Shown: positions 55,695 to 64,000 of the stretch, piece after piece
Numbering within the stretch: the first letter of the stretch is position 1
Layout: every line of letters begins with the position of its first letter
Assembly: GCA_044376225.1 (NCBI GenBank)
Contig: JBILLF010000005.1
Coordinates: 820-64,819 of the forward strand
Length of the DNA stretch: 64,000 nucleotides
DNA from: Patescibacteria group bacterium
GTDB lineage: Bacteria > Bacteroidota > Ignavibacteria > Kapaibacteriales > Kapaibacteriaceae
Reading direction: 5' to 3'
Program-made: the position numbers and the translations under genes
The notes under the pieces: model-generated
The model's database searches: none
Seen by the model: the letters and a program-made list of their open reading frames with translations, nothing else
What the model was told of the DNA's origin: nothing

Positions 55695-56640
55695 TCGCCT
55701 GATACAGCGGCATTCCGAGAGTGATATTGAACGGGAAGGTTACGCCCAGAGCCATTGGGATGTAGAGTCCGGGGTCGGCCTTGGGGACTGCCAGGCGCAT
55801 GGCAGCGGGGACGGCTATGTAGCTGGCACTGGCGGCCAAGACGGCGAACATGAAGCGGTTGCCGGCATCGTGGGTTACAAGCTGGCTGGCATAGGCCACA
55901 ACGCAGCCATTGATGACGGGAAGGAGAATGCCTGTGGCAATGGCCGACCAACCATGCTCTCGGAATGACTTCAGTCGGTTGCCCGTGATAAGCCCCATCT
56001 CAAGAAGGAAGATCGCCAGAAAGCCCTTGAAGATGTCCGTGGTGAACGGCTTGATACCCATTGCGGCCTTCTCGTCAGAGATGATGCCGATGATGAGGCT
56101 GCCCGTGATCATCAGCACACTGCCATTGGTGAAGGCGTGGTGGACAACCTCGCCAAAGCGCACGGACTGTCGGCTTTCGTGATCGTAGATGGTCACCAGA
56201 ATGACACCCACAATGATGGCCGGAGATTCCATGAGGGCCATCACGGCCACCATATGTCCGCCAAAGGTCATGCCCTGGGCTTCGAGATACGACGAGGCAG
56301 CAACGAAGGTAACAGCACTTACCGAACCAAAGGAAGCGGCAATGGCGCCGGCATCATATACCGACAGCCACCGACGCAACAAATGGAAGGCATAGAGTGG
56401 AATGGCTGATGCGATCACTAGACCGGCAATGCACGACCAGACAATCTCCGACGTGATTGCGCTGTGCGCCAGCTCCTGCCCGCCTTTGAAGCCGATCGAG
56501 AACAACAGATACAGACTGATGAACTTGGCGGTAGTTGCCGGAATCTCCAGGTCGCTCTTCAGACGTACGGCCAGAATGCCGAGAAGAAAGAACAGCAACG
56601 TGGGATTGGTCAGGTTCGATATGAGAAGGGTGATGTCCAT
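55678..56640 (-). CDS. sodium-dependent bicarbonate transport family permease (SbtA/DUF897-like)
   Basis: Start trimmed to MDITLLISNLTNPTLLFFLLGILAVRLKSDLEIP. About 10 TM helices. Confidence 0.65.
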   Translation of the reverse strand: MDITLLISNLTNPTLLFFLLGILAVRLKSDLEIPATTAKFISLYLLFSIGFKGGQELAHSAITSEIVWSCIAGLVIASAIPLYAFHLLRRWLSVYDAGAIAASFGSVSAVTFVAASSYLEAQGMTFGGHMVAVMALMESPAIIVGVILVTIYDHESRQSVRFGEVVHHAFTNGSVLMITGSLIIGIISDEKAAMGIKPFTTDIFKGFLAIFLLEMGLITGNRLKSFREHGWSAIATGILLPVINGCVVAYASQLVTHDAGNRFMFAVLAASASYIAVPAAMRLAVPKADPGLYIPMALGVTFPFNITLGMPLYQAIVTSY

Positions 56641-56674
56641 GCTGCAAAAGCTCCGCGAAAATACGAGAAGCAGA

Positions 56675-56710
56675 AAGGGGCGATGCATCGTGTGTCGTGC
56701 ATCGCCCCTT
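56675..56710 (-). terminator. intrinsic terminator downstream of pnp
   Basis: 13-bp perfect stem AAGGGGCGATGCA/TGCATCGCCCCTT. On the minus strand it is followed by the T-rich stretch TCTGCTTCTCGTATTTT. Confidence 0.65.
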
Positions 56711-56738
56711 GAAATGTCAACTGGTTGATGATCGTGGA

Positions 56739-59150
56739 TCAGCCGACGAAGAAGTCGTCACCGCCACCCTTTGACTCGTCGCGCGGTGGACGTTCCTCAC
56801 GTGGTGCATCATGACGCGGAGCGTCGTCGTTGTGACGCGGGCCTCTGTCGTCGCGTGGTCCGCGATCCCGATCTCCGCCACGGCCGCCGCCATAACCACC
56901 GCGACCACCGCGGTCTCCACCACGATCTCCGCCGCGTCCGCCGCGGTCTCCGCCACGACCATAACGATCACCGCCACGATCTCCGCCGCGATCACGATCG
57001 CGTGGTGGACGTGGACGATCCTCATACGGCTCCATACCTTCTGGCAGCGGGAGAAGGGCCTTGCGCGAGAGACGGATCTTACCGTCCGGCTGCACTTCGA
57101 TGACCTTCACTTCGATGATATCGCCCACCTTGAGAACGTCCGAAACGTTCTCCACGCGACGGTGGTCGATCTGCGAGATGTGAAGAAGCCCTTCCTTCTT
57201 TGGCTTCAGCTCAACAAAGGCACCCAGACCCTCACGAACTTCCTTGACCCTGCCCTTGATGACCGAGTCGAGTTCGATCGGGCGCGTGATGTCACGAATA
57301 CGCGCGATGGCGGCATCGGCGCTCGCCTGGTCGATCGCTGCGATCGTCACCGTTCCATCGTCTTCGATGTTGATCTCCGCACCCGTCTCCTTGACGATGC
57401 TGCGGATCATTTCGCCGCCAGGTCCGATAACCGCGCCGATGGACTCGACCGGAATCTGGATGGTTGTGAGCTTTGGAGCATACGGTGACAGTTCGGCGTT
57501 TGGTTGCGCCATGTGCGCATTCATGATGCCGAGGATATGCAGACGTCCGTCACGTGCCTGCTGCAGAGCCGTGCGCATAATGTCTACCGACAGACCTTCG
57601 ATCTTGATGTCCATCTGGCAGGCCGTGATGCCCTCGTAGGTACCCGTGACCTTGAAGTCCATGTCACCGAGGAAGTCTTCGTCGCCAAGAATGTCGCTGA
57701 GCACGGCAACGCGGTTGTCTTCCATGATCAGACCCATGGCGATACCAGCAACGGCCTTCTTGAACGGCACGCCCGCATGGAATAGGGCCAGAGAGCCGGC
57801 ACAGACCGTTGCCATTGACGACGAGCCATTCGACTCGAGAATGTCCGACACCACGCGGATGGTGTATGGGAACTCTGTCTCGTCAGGAATGAAGTGCTTG
57901 AGTGAACGCTCGGCAAGGTCGCCGTGGCCCGTCTCACGACGGCTGGTGAAGCCGAAGCGTCCGGTCTCTCCTGTCGAGAATGGCGGGAAGTTGTAGTGCA
58001 GCATGTAGCGAATGTCATACGTCGGCAGCAGGCCGTCGATGAGCTGCTGATCCTTCTTCGTACCCAAGGTTACAGTCGTGAGCGACTGCGTTTCACCACG
58101 CGTGAACAGCGCCGAACCGTGCGTGCGCGGAAGCACACCGGTCTCTACGGCGATCGGGCGGATCTGCGTCGTTGAACGTCCGTCAAGACGGCGTCCTTCG
58201 GCCAGGATCATTTCGCGCATTTCACGTGCTTCGATCTTCTTGACGATGCCGCCGAGCATCTTGCCAACATTGATTCCGGTATAGGTATCCGGATTTGCTT
58301 CAACAACGGCATTGGCTGCCGCCGTAGCGAGGCTCTTCACCTCTGAGCGGAATGCGCTGCGCTGTTCCTTCGATGACTCGATACGGATCTGCGTGCGGAT
58401 GCGCTCGGCAATGGCGGACTCGACAGCGGCAAGGAGTTCGGCCGGTGTTTCGGACGGAACAACTTCGCGCTTCTTGATGTCGAGCATTCCCATCAGCTCA
58501 CGCTGCATGGCGTTGATCTCACGGATCCAATTATGGGCGAACTCCATCGCGGCGATGAACTCGTCCTCGGAGATCTCCTTGCTCGATCCTTCGACCATCA
58601 CGATGGATGAGTCGGAACCGGCAACCATGATCTCAAGATCTGATTCCTCGATCTGTGAACGCGTTGGATTGATGATAAACTCACCGTTGACGCGTCCGAC
58701 GCGAACTTCGGCGATCGGCCCCTTGAACGGGATGTCGCTGATCATCAGCGCCGCAGAGGCGCCGATGGCGGCCAGCACATCCGGCTCGTTCTCCATGTCG
58801 TACGAGTACACCGTGGCGATCACCTGCGTGTCATTGCGCCATTCCTTCGGGAAGAGCGGACGCAGTGGACGATCGAGCAGACGCGAGGTGAGCGTCTCGG
58901 TGGTTGTTGGACGACCCTCACGACGGAAGAAACCGCCAGGAATCTTGCCCGACGAAGCCAGCTTTTCGCGGTATTCGCAGGTAAGAGGAAGGAAGTCGAT
59001 GTCTGGCTTCGGCTCTGCGCTCGCGTTCGCCGCAACCAGCACCATTGTTTCGCCGTAGGTGACCATCACCGAACCGGCAGAGAGCTTGGCAAAGCGGCCT
59101 GTCTCGATGGACAGTTCCTTGCCGTTGATGATCTTTTTGACCGTGTGCAT
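56739..59150 (-). CDS. pnp: polyribonucleotide nucleotidyltransferase (PNPase) with about 100-aa C-terminal RGG/RGD-repeat tail
   Basis: Two RNase PH domains (FPPFSTGE), then KH and S1 (GRVKEVREGLGAFVEL). The tail is DRDRGGDRGGDRYGRGGDRGGRGGDRGGDRGGRGGYGGGRGGDRDRGPRDD. The start was taken as MHTVKK. Confidence 0.95.
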   Translation of the reverse strand: MHTVKKIINGKELSIETGRFAKLSAGSVMVTYGETMVLVAANASAEPKPDIDFLPLTCEYREKLASSGKIPGGFFRREGRPTTTETLTSRLLDRPLRPLFPKEWRNDTQVIATVYSYDMENEPDVLAAIGASAALMISDIPFKGPIAEVRVGRVNGEFIINPTRSQIEESDLEIMVAGSDSSIVMVEGSSKEISEDEFIAAMEFAHNWIREINAMQRELMGMLDIKKREVVPSETPAELLAAVESAIAERIRTQIRIESSKEQRSAFRSEVKSLATAAANAVVEANPDTYTGINVGKMLGGIVKKIEAREMREMILAEGRRLDGRSTTQIRPIAVETGVLPRTHGSALFTRGETQSLTTVTLGTKKDQQLIDGLLPTYDIRYMLHYNFPPFSTGETGRFGFTSRRETGHGDLAERSLKHFIPDETEFPYTIRVVSDILESNGSSSMATVCAGSLALFHAGVPFKKAVAGIAMGLIMEDNRVAVLSDILGDEDFLGDMDFKVTGTYEGITACQMDIKIEGLSVDIMRTALQQARDGRLHILGIMNAHMAQPNAELSPYAPKLTTIQIPVESIGAVIGPGGEMIRSIVKETGAEINIEDDGTVTIAAIDQASADAAIARIRDITRPIELDSVIKGRVKEVREGLGAFVELKPKKEGLLHISQIDHRRVENVSDVLKVGDIIEVKVIEVQPDGKIRLSRKALLPLPEGMEPYEDRPRPPRDRDRGGDRGGDRYGRGGDRGGRGGDRGGDRGGRGGYGGGRGGDRDRGPRDDRGPRHNDDAPRHDAPREERPPRDESKGGGDDFFVG

Positions 59151-59223
59151 AGTGCACTCCATATGTGGTTGAATGTCAACCCATGTTGTGGGTTGTCACG
59201 GCACCGCGGTCAGCTATCACTCC

Positions 59224-59257
59224 TTGTCAGGGGGCTGAGGGTTGAGCCCCCTGACAA
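59224..59257 (-). promoter_or_regulatory. 13-bp perfect hairpin in the rpsO-pnp intergenic leader
   Basis: TTGTCAGGGGGCT-GAGGGTTG-AGCCCCCTGACAA. No T-tract follows on the sense strand. Confidence 0.45.
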
Positions 59258-59341
59258 AGAGTGCCACGATGCCATAAAAAAGAGTCAAAGATGGGCGGCG
59301 AACACCGTGAAGATGATCGCCGCCTCGGTTGATAGCAACGT

Positions 59342-59608
59342 TTACTTGCGCAGCCCGAGCTGTGCCAGGATCTCGCGGTAGCGCTGGATGTTGTTCTTCT
59401 GCAGGTAGCCCAGAAGATTCTTGCGCTTTGCCACGAGCATGATCAGACCGCGACGTGAGTGGTGGTCCTTGCGATGCTGTTCGCAGTGAGCCGAAAGAGC
59501 CTTGATGTGCTCGGTCAGCAGTGCGATCTGCACTTCCGGCTTACCGGTGTTTGAGGATCCGCCGCCGAATTGAGCGACGACCTCAGCTTTACGTTCCTTG
59601 GAGATCAT
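59342..59608 (-). CDS. rpsO: 30S ribosomal protein S15
   Basis: KDHHSRRGLIMLVAKRKNLLGYL. The ATG overlaps the ribF TGA (ATGA). Confidence 0.95.
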   Translation of the reverse strand: MISKERKAEVVAQFGGGSSNTGKPEVQIALLTEHIKALSAHCEQHRKDHHSRRGLIMLVAKRKNLLGYLQKNNIQRYREILAQLGLRK

Positions 59609-60564
59609 TTCGTCCTCCATTCCCTTAAGTGATGTTGATAGGTTGTTGTTTGATTTCTGTCTTGTTGAAGTTGTTCGAGAAACTCTTCGAGCGATGCAAA
59701 GCGCCGTTCGTCGCGAATCTTATCGATGAACTGCACGTCCAGTGTGCGTCCGTAGAGATCCTCATTGAGGTCCAGGAAATGCACCTCGAGGGTTGATTGT
59801 GTGTCATCGGTGAACGTTGGTCGCACGCCGATGTTGGCCATTCCAAGCTGCGGCGTTCCGTTGATCTCAGCAGCCACAACGTACACGCCATTTCCGGGTA
59901 GGAGCTTATGCTCGCCAGCCGGACGAATGTTTGCCGTTGGTATGCCGATCTGGCGTCCGCGTCCGTCTCCCTGCACGACAAGCCCCCTAACCGAGTACAG
60001 GCGTCCAAGCATGCGGGTTGCCTCCGCGATCTCACCTCGTTGCAGAGCCTGTCGAACCTTGGTGCTGCTTACCACCACACCATCGAAGGCAAGGGGCGGT
60101 ATGGGCTCCACAGTGAATCCACACTCGGGAGCAAGACGCTGCAACAGCTCTTCATTGCCGCCACGATCCTTTCCAAACACATGATCGTGACCAATGAAGA
60201 AGTGTTGTACCCCAATGTCCCGTACGATAACGGACGTTACGAAGTTGGCAGCTTCGGTGGAGGCGAATTCCCGCGTGAATGGGATGATGACCGTCATATC
60301 CACACCATTTCTGGCAAGCAGCTCACAGCGTTCGTCGATATCCGTCAGAAGTCGAAGCGGCTCGCGGCCTTCGCGTGCAAGGACGATTTGCGGGTGCGGA
60401 TCAAAGGTCACCACCACAATACGCTCGTTATGCTCGGCACTAACACGCTGCATCAGCTCCAGAATGCCGACATGTCCAAGGTGGACACCGTCGAACGTCC
60501 CCACTGTGATGGCAGTGGACTTCTGAAACGGCATGGCATCGGTTCCGTAGCGCACGATCGTCAT
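59605..60564 (-). CDS. ribF: bifunctional riboflavin kinase / FMN adenylyltransferase
   Basis: TVGTFDGVHLGH and PTANI. Confidence 0.9.
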   Translation of the reverse strand: MTIVRYGTDAMPFQKSTAITVGTFDGVHLGHVGILELMQRVSAEHNERIVVVTFDPHPQIVLAREGREPLRLLTDIDERCELLARNGVDMTVIIPFTREFASTEAANFVTSVIVRDIGVQHFFIGHDHVFGKDRGGNEELLQRLAPECGFTVEPIPPLAFDGVVVSSTKVRQALQRGEIAEATRMLGRLYSVRGLVVQGDGRGRQIGIPTANIRPAGEHKLLPGNGVYVVAAEINGTPQLGMANIGVRPTFTDDTQSTLEVHFLDLNEDLYGRTLDVQFIDKIRDERRFASLEEFLEQLQQDRNQTTTYQHHLREWRTK

Positions 60565-61322
60565 GCCACCTCCTGCGGTTGAAGCAGCTGGCGCAATTCA
60601 TCAATGCGCAGCGCATGCTCGACATGATGCTTGCCGCTTGATGTGCGGCGTAGTGTCCAGATGTATCCGCCACAACCTAACTTCTGACCCAGATCCCGGG
60701 CAATCGAGCGGATGTAGGTACCGCGCGAGCATGTGATCGTACAGCGTACATCAGGCCATGTGACCGACACGTCACGGATCTCATGAACTGTGATCTGCCG
60801 GATCTTGGGTATAAACTCAATACCCTTGCGGGCAAGGTCATACTGACGTCTTCCCTGGTGCCTGACGGCGCTGTACGCCGGCGGTGTTTGCTCGATGGTG
60901 CCCGTGAAGGACATCAACGCCTCAACTATGGCATCGGTCGCTATCGGTTCAACGATGCGCTCTGTGCATTCGCCGGCACGATCATCGGTCGTCGAATCAC
61001 CACCCAGACGGATCACGACCTCGTAGGTCTTGACACCTTCCTGCAGCGATTCGATATCCTTTGTTGCCTTGCCGAAGCACAGGACCAGGAGCCCCGTGGC
61101 AAGTGGATCCAGTGTTCCGGCATGTCCAACGCGTTTGACGCGGGTGAGATTGCGAATCTTTGCCACGCAGTCAAACGACGTCCAGGTTTCTTCCTTGTCA
61201 ATGAGCGCGATTGCCCCGTCCGTTCGTGCCGTTTCCAACCACTGCTCGATCGTCGCACAGGTCGAACGATCAAGCGTCATTCGATCATTCATTCGTTGCT
61301 GTGTCATCGTGATGAGCTTCAT
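60561..61322 (-). CDS. truB: tRNA pseudouridine(55) synthase
   Basis: VGHAGTLDPLATGLLVL. The true start may be a downstream ATG (61292 or 61280), which would reduce the overlap with rbfA. Confidence 0.9.
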   Translation of the reverse strand: MKLITMTQQRMNDRMTLDRSTCATIEQWLETARTDGAIALIDKEETWTSFDCVAKIRNLTRVKRVGHAGTLDPLATGLLVLCFGKATKDIESLQEGVKTYEVVIRLGGDSTTDDRAGECTERIVEPIATDAIVEALMSFTGTIEQTPPAYSAVRHQGRRQYDLARKGIEFIPKIRQITVHEIRDVSVTWPDVRCTITCSRGTYIRSIARDLGQKLGCGGYIWTLRRTSSGKHHVEHALRIDELRQLLQPQEVA

Positions 61323-61668
61323 CGACCGGCCTTACCCGGTCTAGGATCGCCTCGATGCGCTGGGCACGGTCGAGCGAGTCGTCAATGAAGAACTGCAATT
61401 GCGGAGTGTAGCGAAGTCTGAGCGACGTAGCGAGGTGATGACGCACACGTCCCATGTAGTGCTTATCGATCTGATCGAGTACTTCGGCAGGGGTGATTCC
61501 CTTACCTCCGAACACACTCAGGTACACACGTGCCAGCTGAAGGTCTGCCGACAGGCGCACCTCCGTCACGGAGATGAATCCTGCGGAAAGTTCCTCGGCG
61601 ATCGACCTCAGGGGGCTTGCCAGGGCCTTTTGGATTTCGCCGGCCACGCGCTCTGTACGGATCGACAC
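61285..61668 (-). CDS. rbfA: ribosome-binding factor A
   Basis: RTERVAGEIQKAL and TEVRLSADLQLARVYLS. Position between infB and truB. Confidence 0.9.
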   Translation of the reverse strand: MSIRTERVAGEIQKALASPLRSIAEELSAGFISVTEVRLSADLQLARVYLSVFGGKGITPAEVLDQIDKHYMGRVRHHLATSLRLRYTPQLQFFIDDSLDRAQRIEAILDRVRPVDEAHHDDTATNE

Positions 61669-61670
61669 GA

Positions 61671-64000
61671 CTACGACAGCTTCCGTTTCACTTCAATGGT
61701 CTTGTAGCTTTCAATGATATCGCCTACCTCAAGGTCATTGAAGCCCTGGATACCAATACCGCACTCGTAGCCGGTATCAACCTCGCGCACATCGTCCTTG
61801 ACGCGCTTGAGAGAGGTGAGCGTACCCTTGTAGATCTCGAATCCGTCGCGCAAAACGCGGACCTTGTCATTACGGGTGATCTTACCGTTCTGCACGTAGC
61901 AGCCGGCGATCGTCCCGAGTCGGCTGATCTTGAAGATGGCACGGATCTCAACGGTAGAGGTGATCTCTTCCTTGATGTCCGGCGTAAGCATCCCTTCGAG
62001 GGCCAGCTGCACTTCGTTGATACAGTCGTAAATGATCGAGTACAGACGGATCTCAACGCTTTCGCTTTCGGCGAGCTTGCGGGTGGCAGGGGGCACGTTG
62101 ACTTGGAAGCCGACGACGATGGCATCGGAAGCCGACGCGAGCATGATGTCGCTTTCAGAGATCGCACCCACACCGCGATAGAGGATCCGCACTTTGACCT
62201 CTGGCGTCGAAAGCTTCTGCAGCGAGTCGGCAAGAGCTTCAACCGATCCAGACACGTCAGCACGGACGATAAGCCGGAGCTCCTTGACGCCCCCTTGCTG
62301 GATCTGTGCAGAAATATCGTCGAGCGTAAGGTGACGCATTCCGCGGAACTGCTGCTCGCGGCGCAGCTGCTGACGGCGAGTGGCAACGTCGCGGGCCTCG
62401 GCATCGGTCTCCATTTCCAGCAGTACATCCCCGGCGTTCGGGAGTCCGTCAAATCCAGTCACCTGAGCTGGCATCGACGGTCCAGCCGAGTCAAGCCGGT
62501 GACCACGTTCGTCGAACATAGCGCGCACGCGTCCGGCAAACTGACCGCAGACGAAGATGTCGCCCACGTTGAGGGTGCCCTTCTGGACGATCACGGTGAC
62601 GACGTTACCGCGCCCCTTATCGATGTGTGCTTCAATGACCGTAGCACGGGCATTTCTATCAGGATTGGCCTTGAGCTCAAGAATATCTGCTTCAAGAAGG
62701 ATCTTCTCGAGCAGCGTCGGAATGTTGAGTCCCGACTTGGCAGAGATCTCAACGCACTGGTACTTTCCGCCCCAGTCTTCTACGAGCACACCATGGTCGG
62801 CGAGTTGCTGGCGAATGCGATCCGGATTAGCCTCCGGACGGTCCACCTTATTGATTGCAACAACGATCGGCACACCAGCTGCCTGCGAGTGGGAGATAGC
62901 CTCGATCGTTTGAGGCATCACGCTATCGTCAGCGGCAACCACCAGAACCACGATGTCCGTGACCTGCGCACCACGAGCACGCATAGCCGTAAAGGCTTCG
63001 TGACCCGGCGTGTCGAGGAACGAAATGTTGCGTCCGTTCGGCAGCTCCACGCGATAAGCGCCGATGTGCTGCGTGATGCCGCCGGCTTCACCGGCCACCA
63101 CGTTGGCATTGCGGATATAATCGAGAAGCGACGTCTTACCATGGTCAACGTGACCCATGATCGTAACGATCGGCGACCGCGGCTGCAGTGTTTCCGGTGC
63201 GTCTTCGATCTCAATCTCTTCCTGCTCGGCCTGCTCATCAAGGAAAGAGACTTCGAATCCGTAGTCGGAAGCGATCAGCGTGATCGTGTCTTTGTCAAGG
63301 CGCTGGTTGATGGATACCATCAGACCCAGACCCATACACTTCATAATGATGTCAGAAGCCGTCACGCGCATCATGTTCGCAAGGTCGGCCGTGGTCACAA
63401 ACTCCGACAAACGCAGAGTTGAGCTCTCGCGGGCGAGCTCTTCCTGACGGATGGCTTCCTTCTCCTCGCGCTCCAGACGCTTACGCATACGCAGCTTGGC
63501 ACGTCCGCCTGCTGGGGCGAGTTCCATGCCCGAGAGTGTCTGACGGATTGCGCGTTCGACATCCGAGTCAGACACCTGACTACGCATACCCTTTGCGGGT
63601 GTTTTCTTCTTTTTCTTGTCGTCAGCCTTTTTGGCTGCCGAAGATGGGGCTGGTGGCCCAAAGTCACGACGGCGAGCACCATCAGCGCCTGCCGGGGCTG
63701 CGCCCGTGCCCGCGGGACCCCGTCCACGTGCTACCAGTGCATCACCGATAGCACCGCGGCGTCCGTCACGTTGTTCTGATGGGCGGCGCTCATCACGCTT
63801 CGGACGAGGTGGCGCCTTGGGCGCAAGATCGATCTTTCCAACAACTGTGAGACCGCGCAGCTGCGTAGTTCCGCTCGGATTGTACTGCACTTCGACCACA
63901 CCCTTGCGACGGCGCTTGCCCTTCTTCTCGTCGGATTCCTCAGATCCACCTTCGCCGCCTTCCGCTGCTGGTGCTTCAGCAGCTGGGACTTCGGCAACAG
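61671..64000 (-). CDS. infB: translation initiation factor IF-2 (N-terminus outside window)
   Basis: G-domain motifs IMGHVDHGKTSLLD, DTPGHEAF and NKVD. The frame stays open upstream of the ORF-track GTG to the window edge (...EGGEGGSEESDEKKGKRRRKGVVEV...). Confidence 0.95.
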   Translation of the reverse strand, partial: VAEVPAAEAPAAEGGEGGSEESDEKKGKRRRKGVVEVQYNPSGTTQLRGLTVVGKIDLAPKAPPRPKRDERRPSEQRDGRRGAIGDALVARGRGPAGTGAAPAGADGARRRDFGPPAPSSAAKKADDKKKKKTPAKGMRSQVSDSDVERAIRQTLSGMELAPAGGRAKLRMRKRLEREEKEAIRQEELARESSTLRLSEFVTTADLANMMRVTASDIIMKCMGLGLMVSINQRLDKDTITLIASDYGFEVSFLDEQAEQEEIEIEDAPETLQPRSPIVTIMGHVDHGKTSLLDYIRNANVVAGEAGGITQHIGAYRVELPNGRNISFLDTPGHEAFTAMRARGAQVTDIVVLVVAADDSVMPQTIEAISHSQAAGVPIVVAINKVDRPEANPDRIRQQLADHGVLVEDWGGKYQCVEISAKSGLNIPTLLEKILLEADILELKANPDRNARATVIEAHIDKGRGNVVTVIVQKGTLNVGDIFVCGQFAGRVRAMFDERGHRLDSAGPSMPAQVTGFDGLPNAGDVLLEMETDAEARDVATRRQQLRREQQFRGMRHLTLDDISAQIQQGGVKELRLIVRADVSGSVEALADSLQKLSTPEVKVRILYRGVGAISESDIMLASASDAIVVGFQVNVPPATRKLAESESVEIRLYSIIYDCINEVQLALEGMLTPDIKEEITSTVEIRAIFKISRLGTIAGCYVQNGKITRNDKVRVLRDGFEIYKGTLTSLKRVKDDVREVDTGYECGIGIQGFNDLEVGDIIESYKTIEVKRKLS

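Noticed and set aside
56717-57488. Several 100-225-aa ORFs on both strands inside the pnp 3' region
   Set aside because: They are generated by the GC-rich RGG-repeat coding sequence, and their products are monotonous R/D/H/V/A repeats. pnp is clearly the real gene.
61617-63422. 601-aa plus-strand ORF
   Set aside because: It lies entirely antisense to infB, whose translation carries unmistakable IF-2 G-domain motifs. The plus-strand product is a low-complexity R/D/H/L-rich sequence, a typical shadow ORF in GC-rich DNA.

Overview
This is a 64-kb window of a high-GC bacterial chromosome. It is probably an FCB-group organism (Bacteroidota/Chlorobiota/Ignavibacteriota-like), because at least five proteins end in type-IX-secretion (T9SS) C-terminal sorting domains and a DUF4835 gene is present. 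Most of the content is housekeeping: aconitase (partial), recO, lpxB-DUF374-lpxK, tmk, proline dehydrogenase, ndk, sucD, gatA, tatA/tatB, purQ/purS, pssA/psd, dnaN-recF-DUF721-gyrB, ahcY, metK, pnp, rpsO, ribF, truB, rbfA and infB (partial). Secreted hydrolases and T9SS cargo proteins are interspersed among these. There is one tRNA-Asn(GTT). I saw no rRNA, CRISPR array, transposase, integrase or recognisable multi-gene defence system, so I cannot honestly nominate a clear new multi-gene system. The most unusual material is non-coding. (1) Four intercistronic composite elements on the minus-strand gene series (about 26.35, 50.6, 51.8 and 55.4-55.7 kb) combine heptanucleotide tandem arrays, (GGTTTTG)n and (GTCWCTY)n, with perfect hairpin modules. 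The arrays abut downstream start codons or donate upstream stop codons. (2) A 31-36-nt conserved-loop hairpin follows each of the first four plus-strand genes (0.7-4.2 kb). Coding oddities are an in-frame TadA-RsmI fusion, a three-gene operon ending in a GAF-GAF protein with a degenerate GGDEF domain, a bacterial eRF1-like (baeRF-type) protein, a PNPase with an RGG-repeat tail, singleton RhuM, DUF4143-ATPase and DUF2130 genes, and a decayed HTH antitoxin-like pseudogene beside the tRNA. All protein calls rest on motif recognition by eye, with no database search. Coordinates of hand-located features may be off by 1-2 nt.
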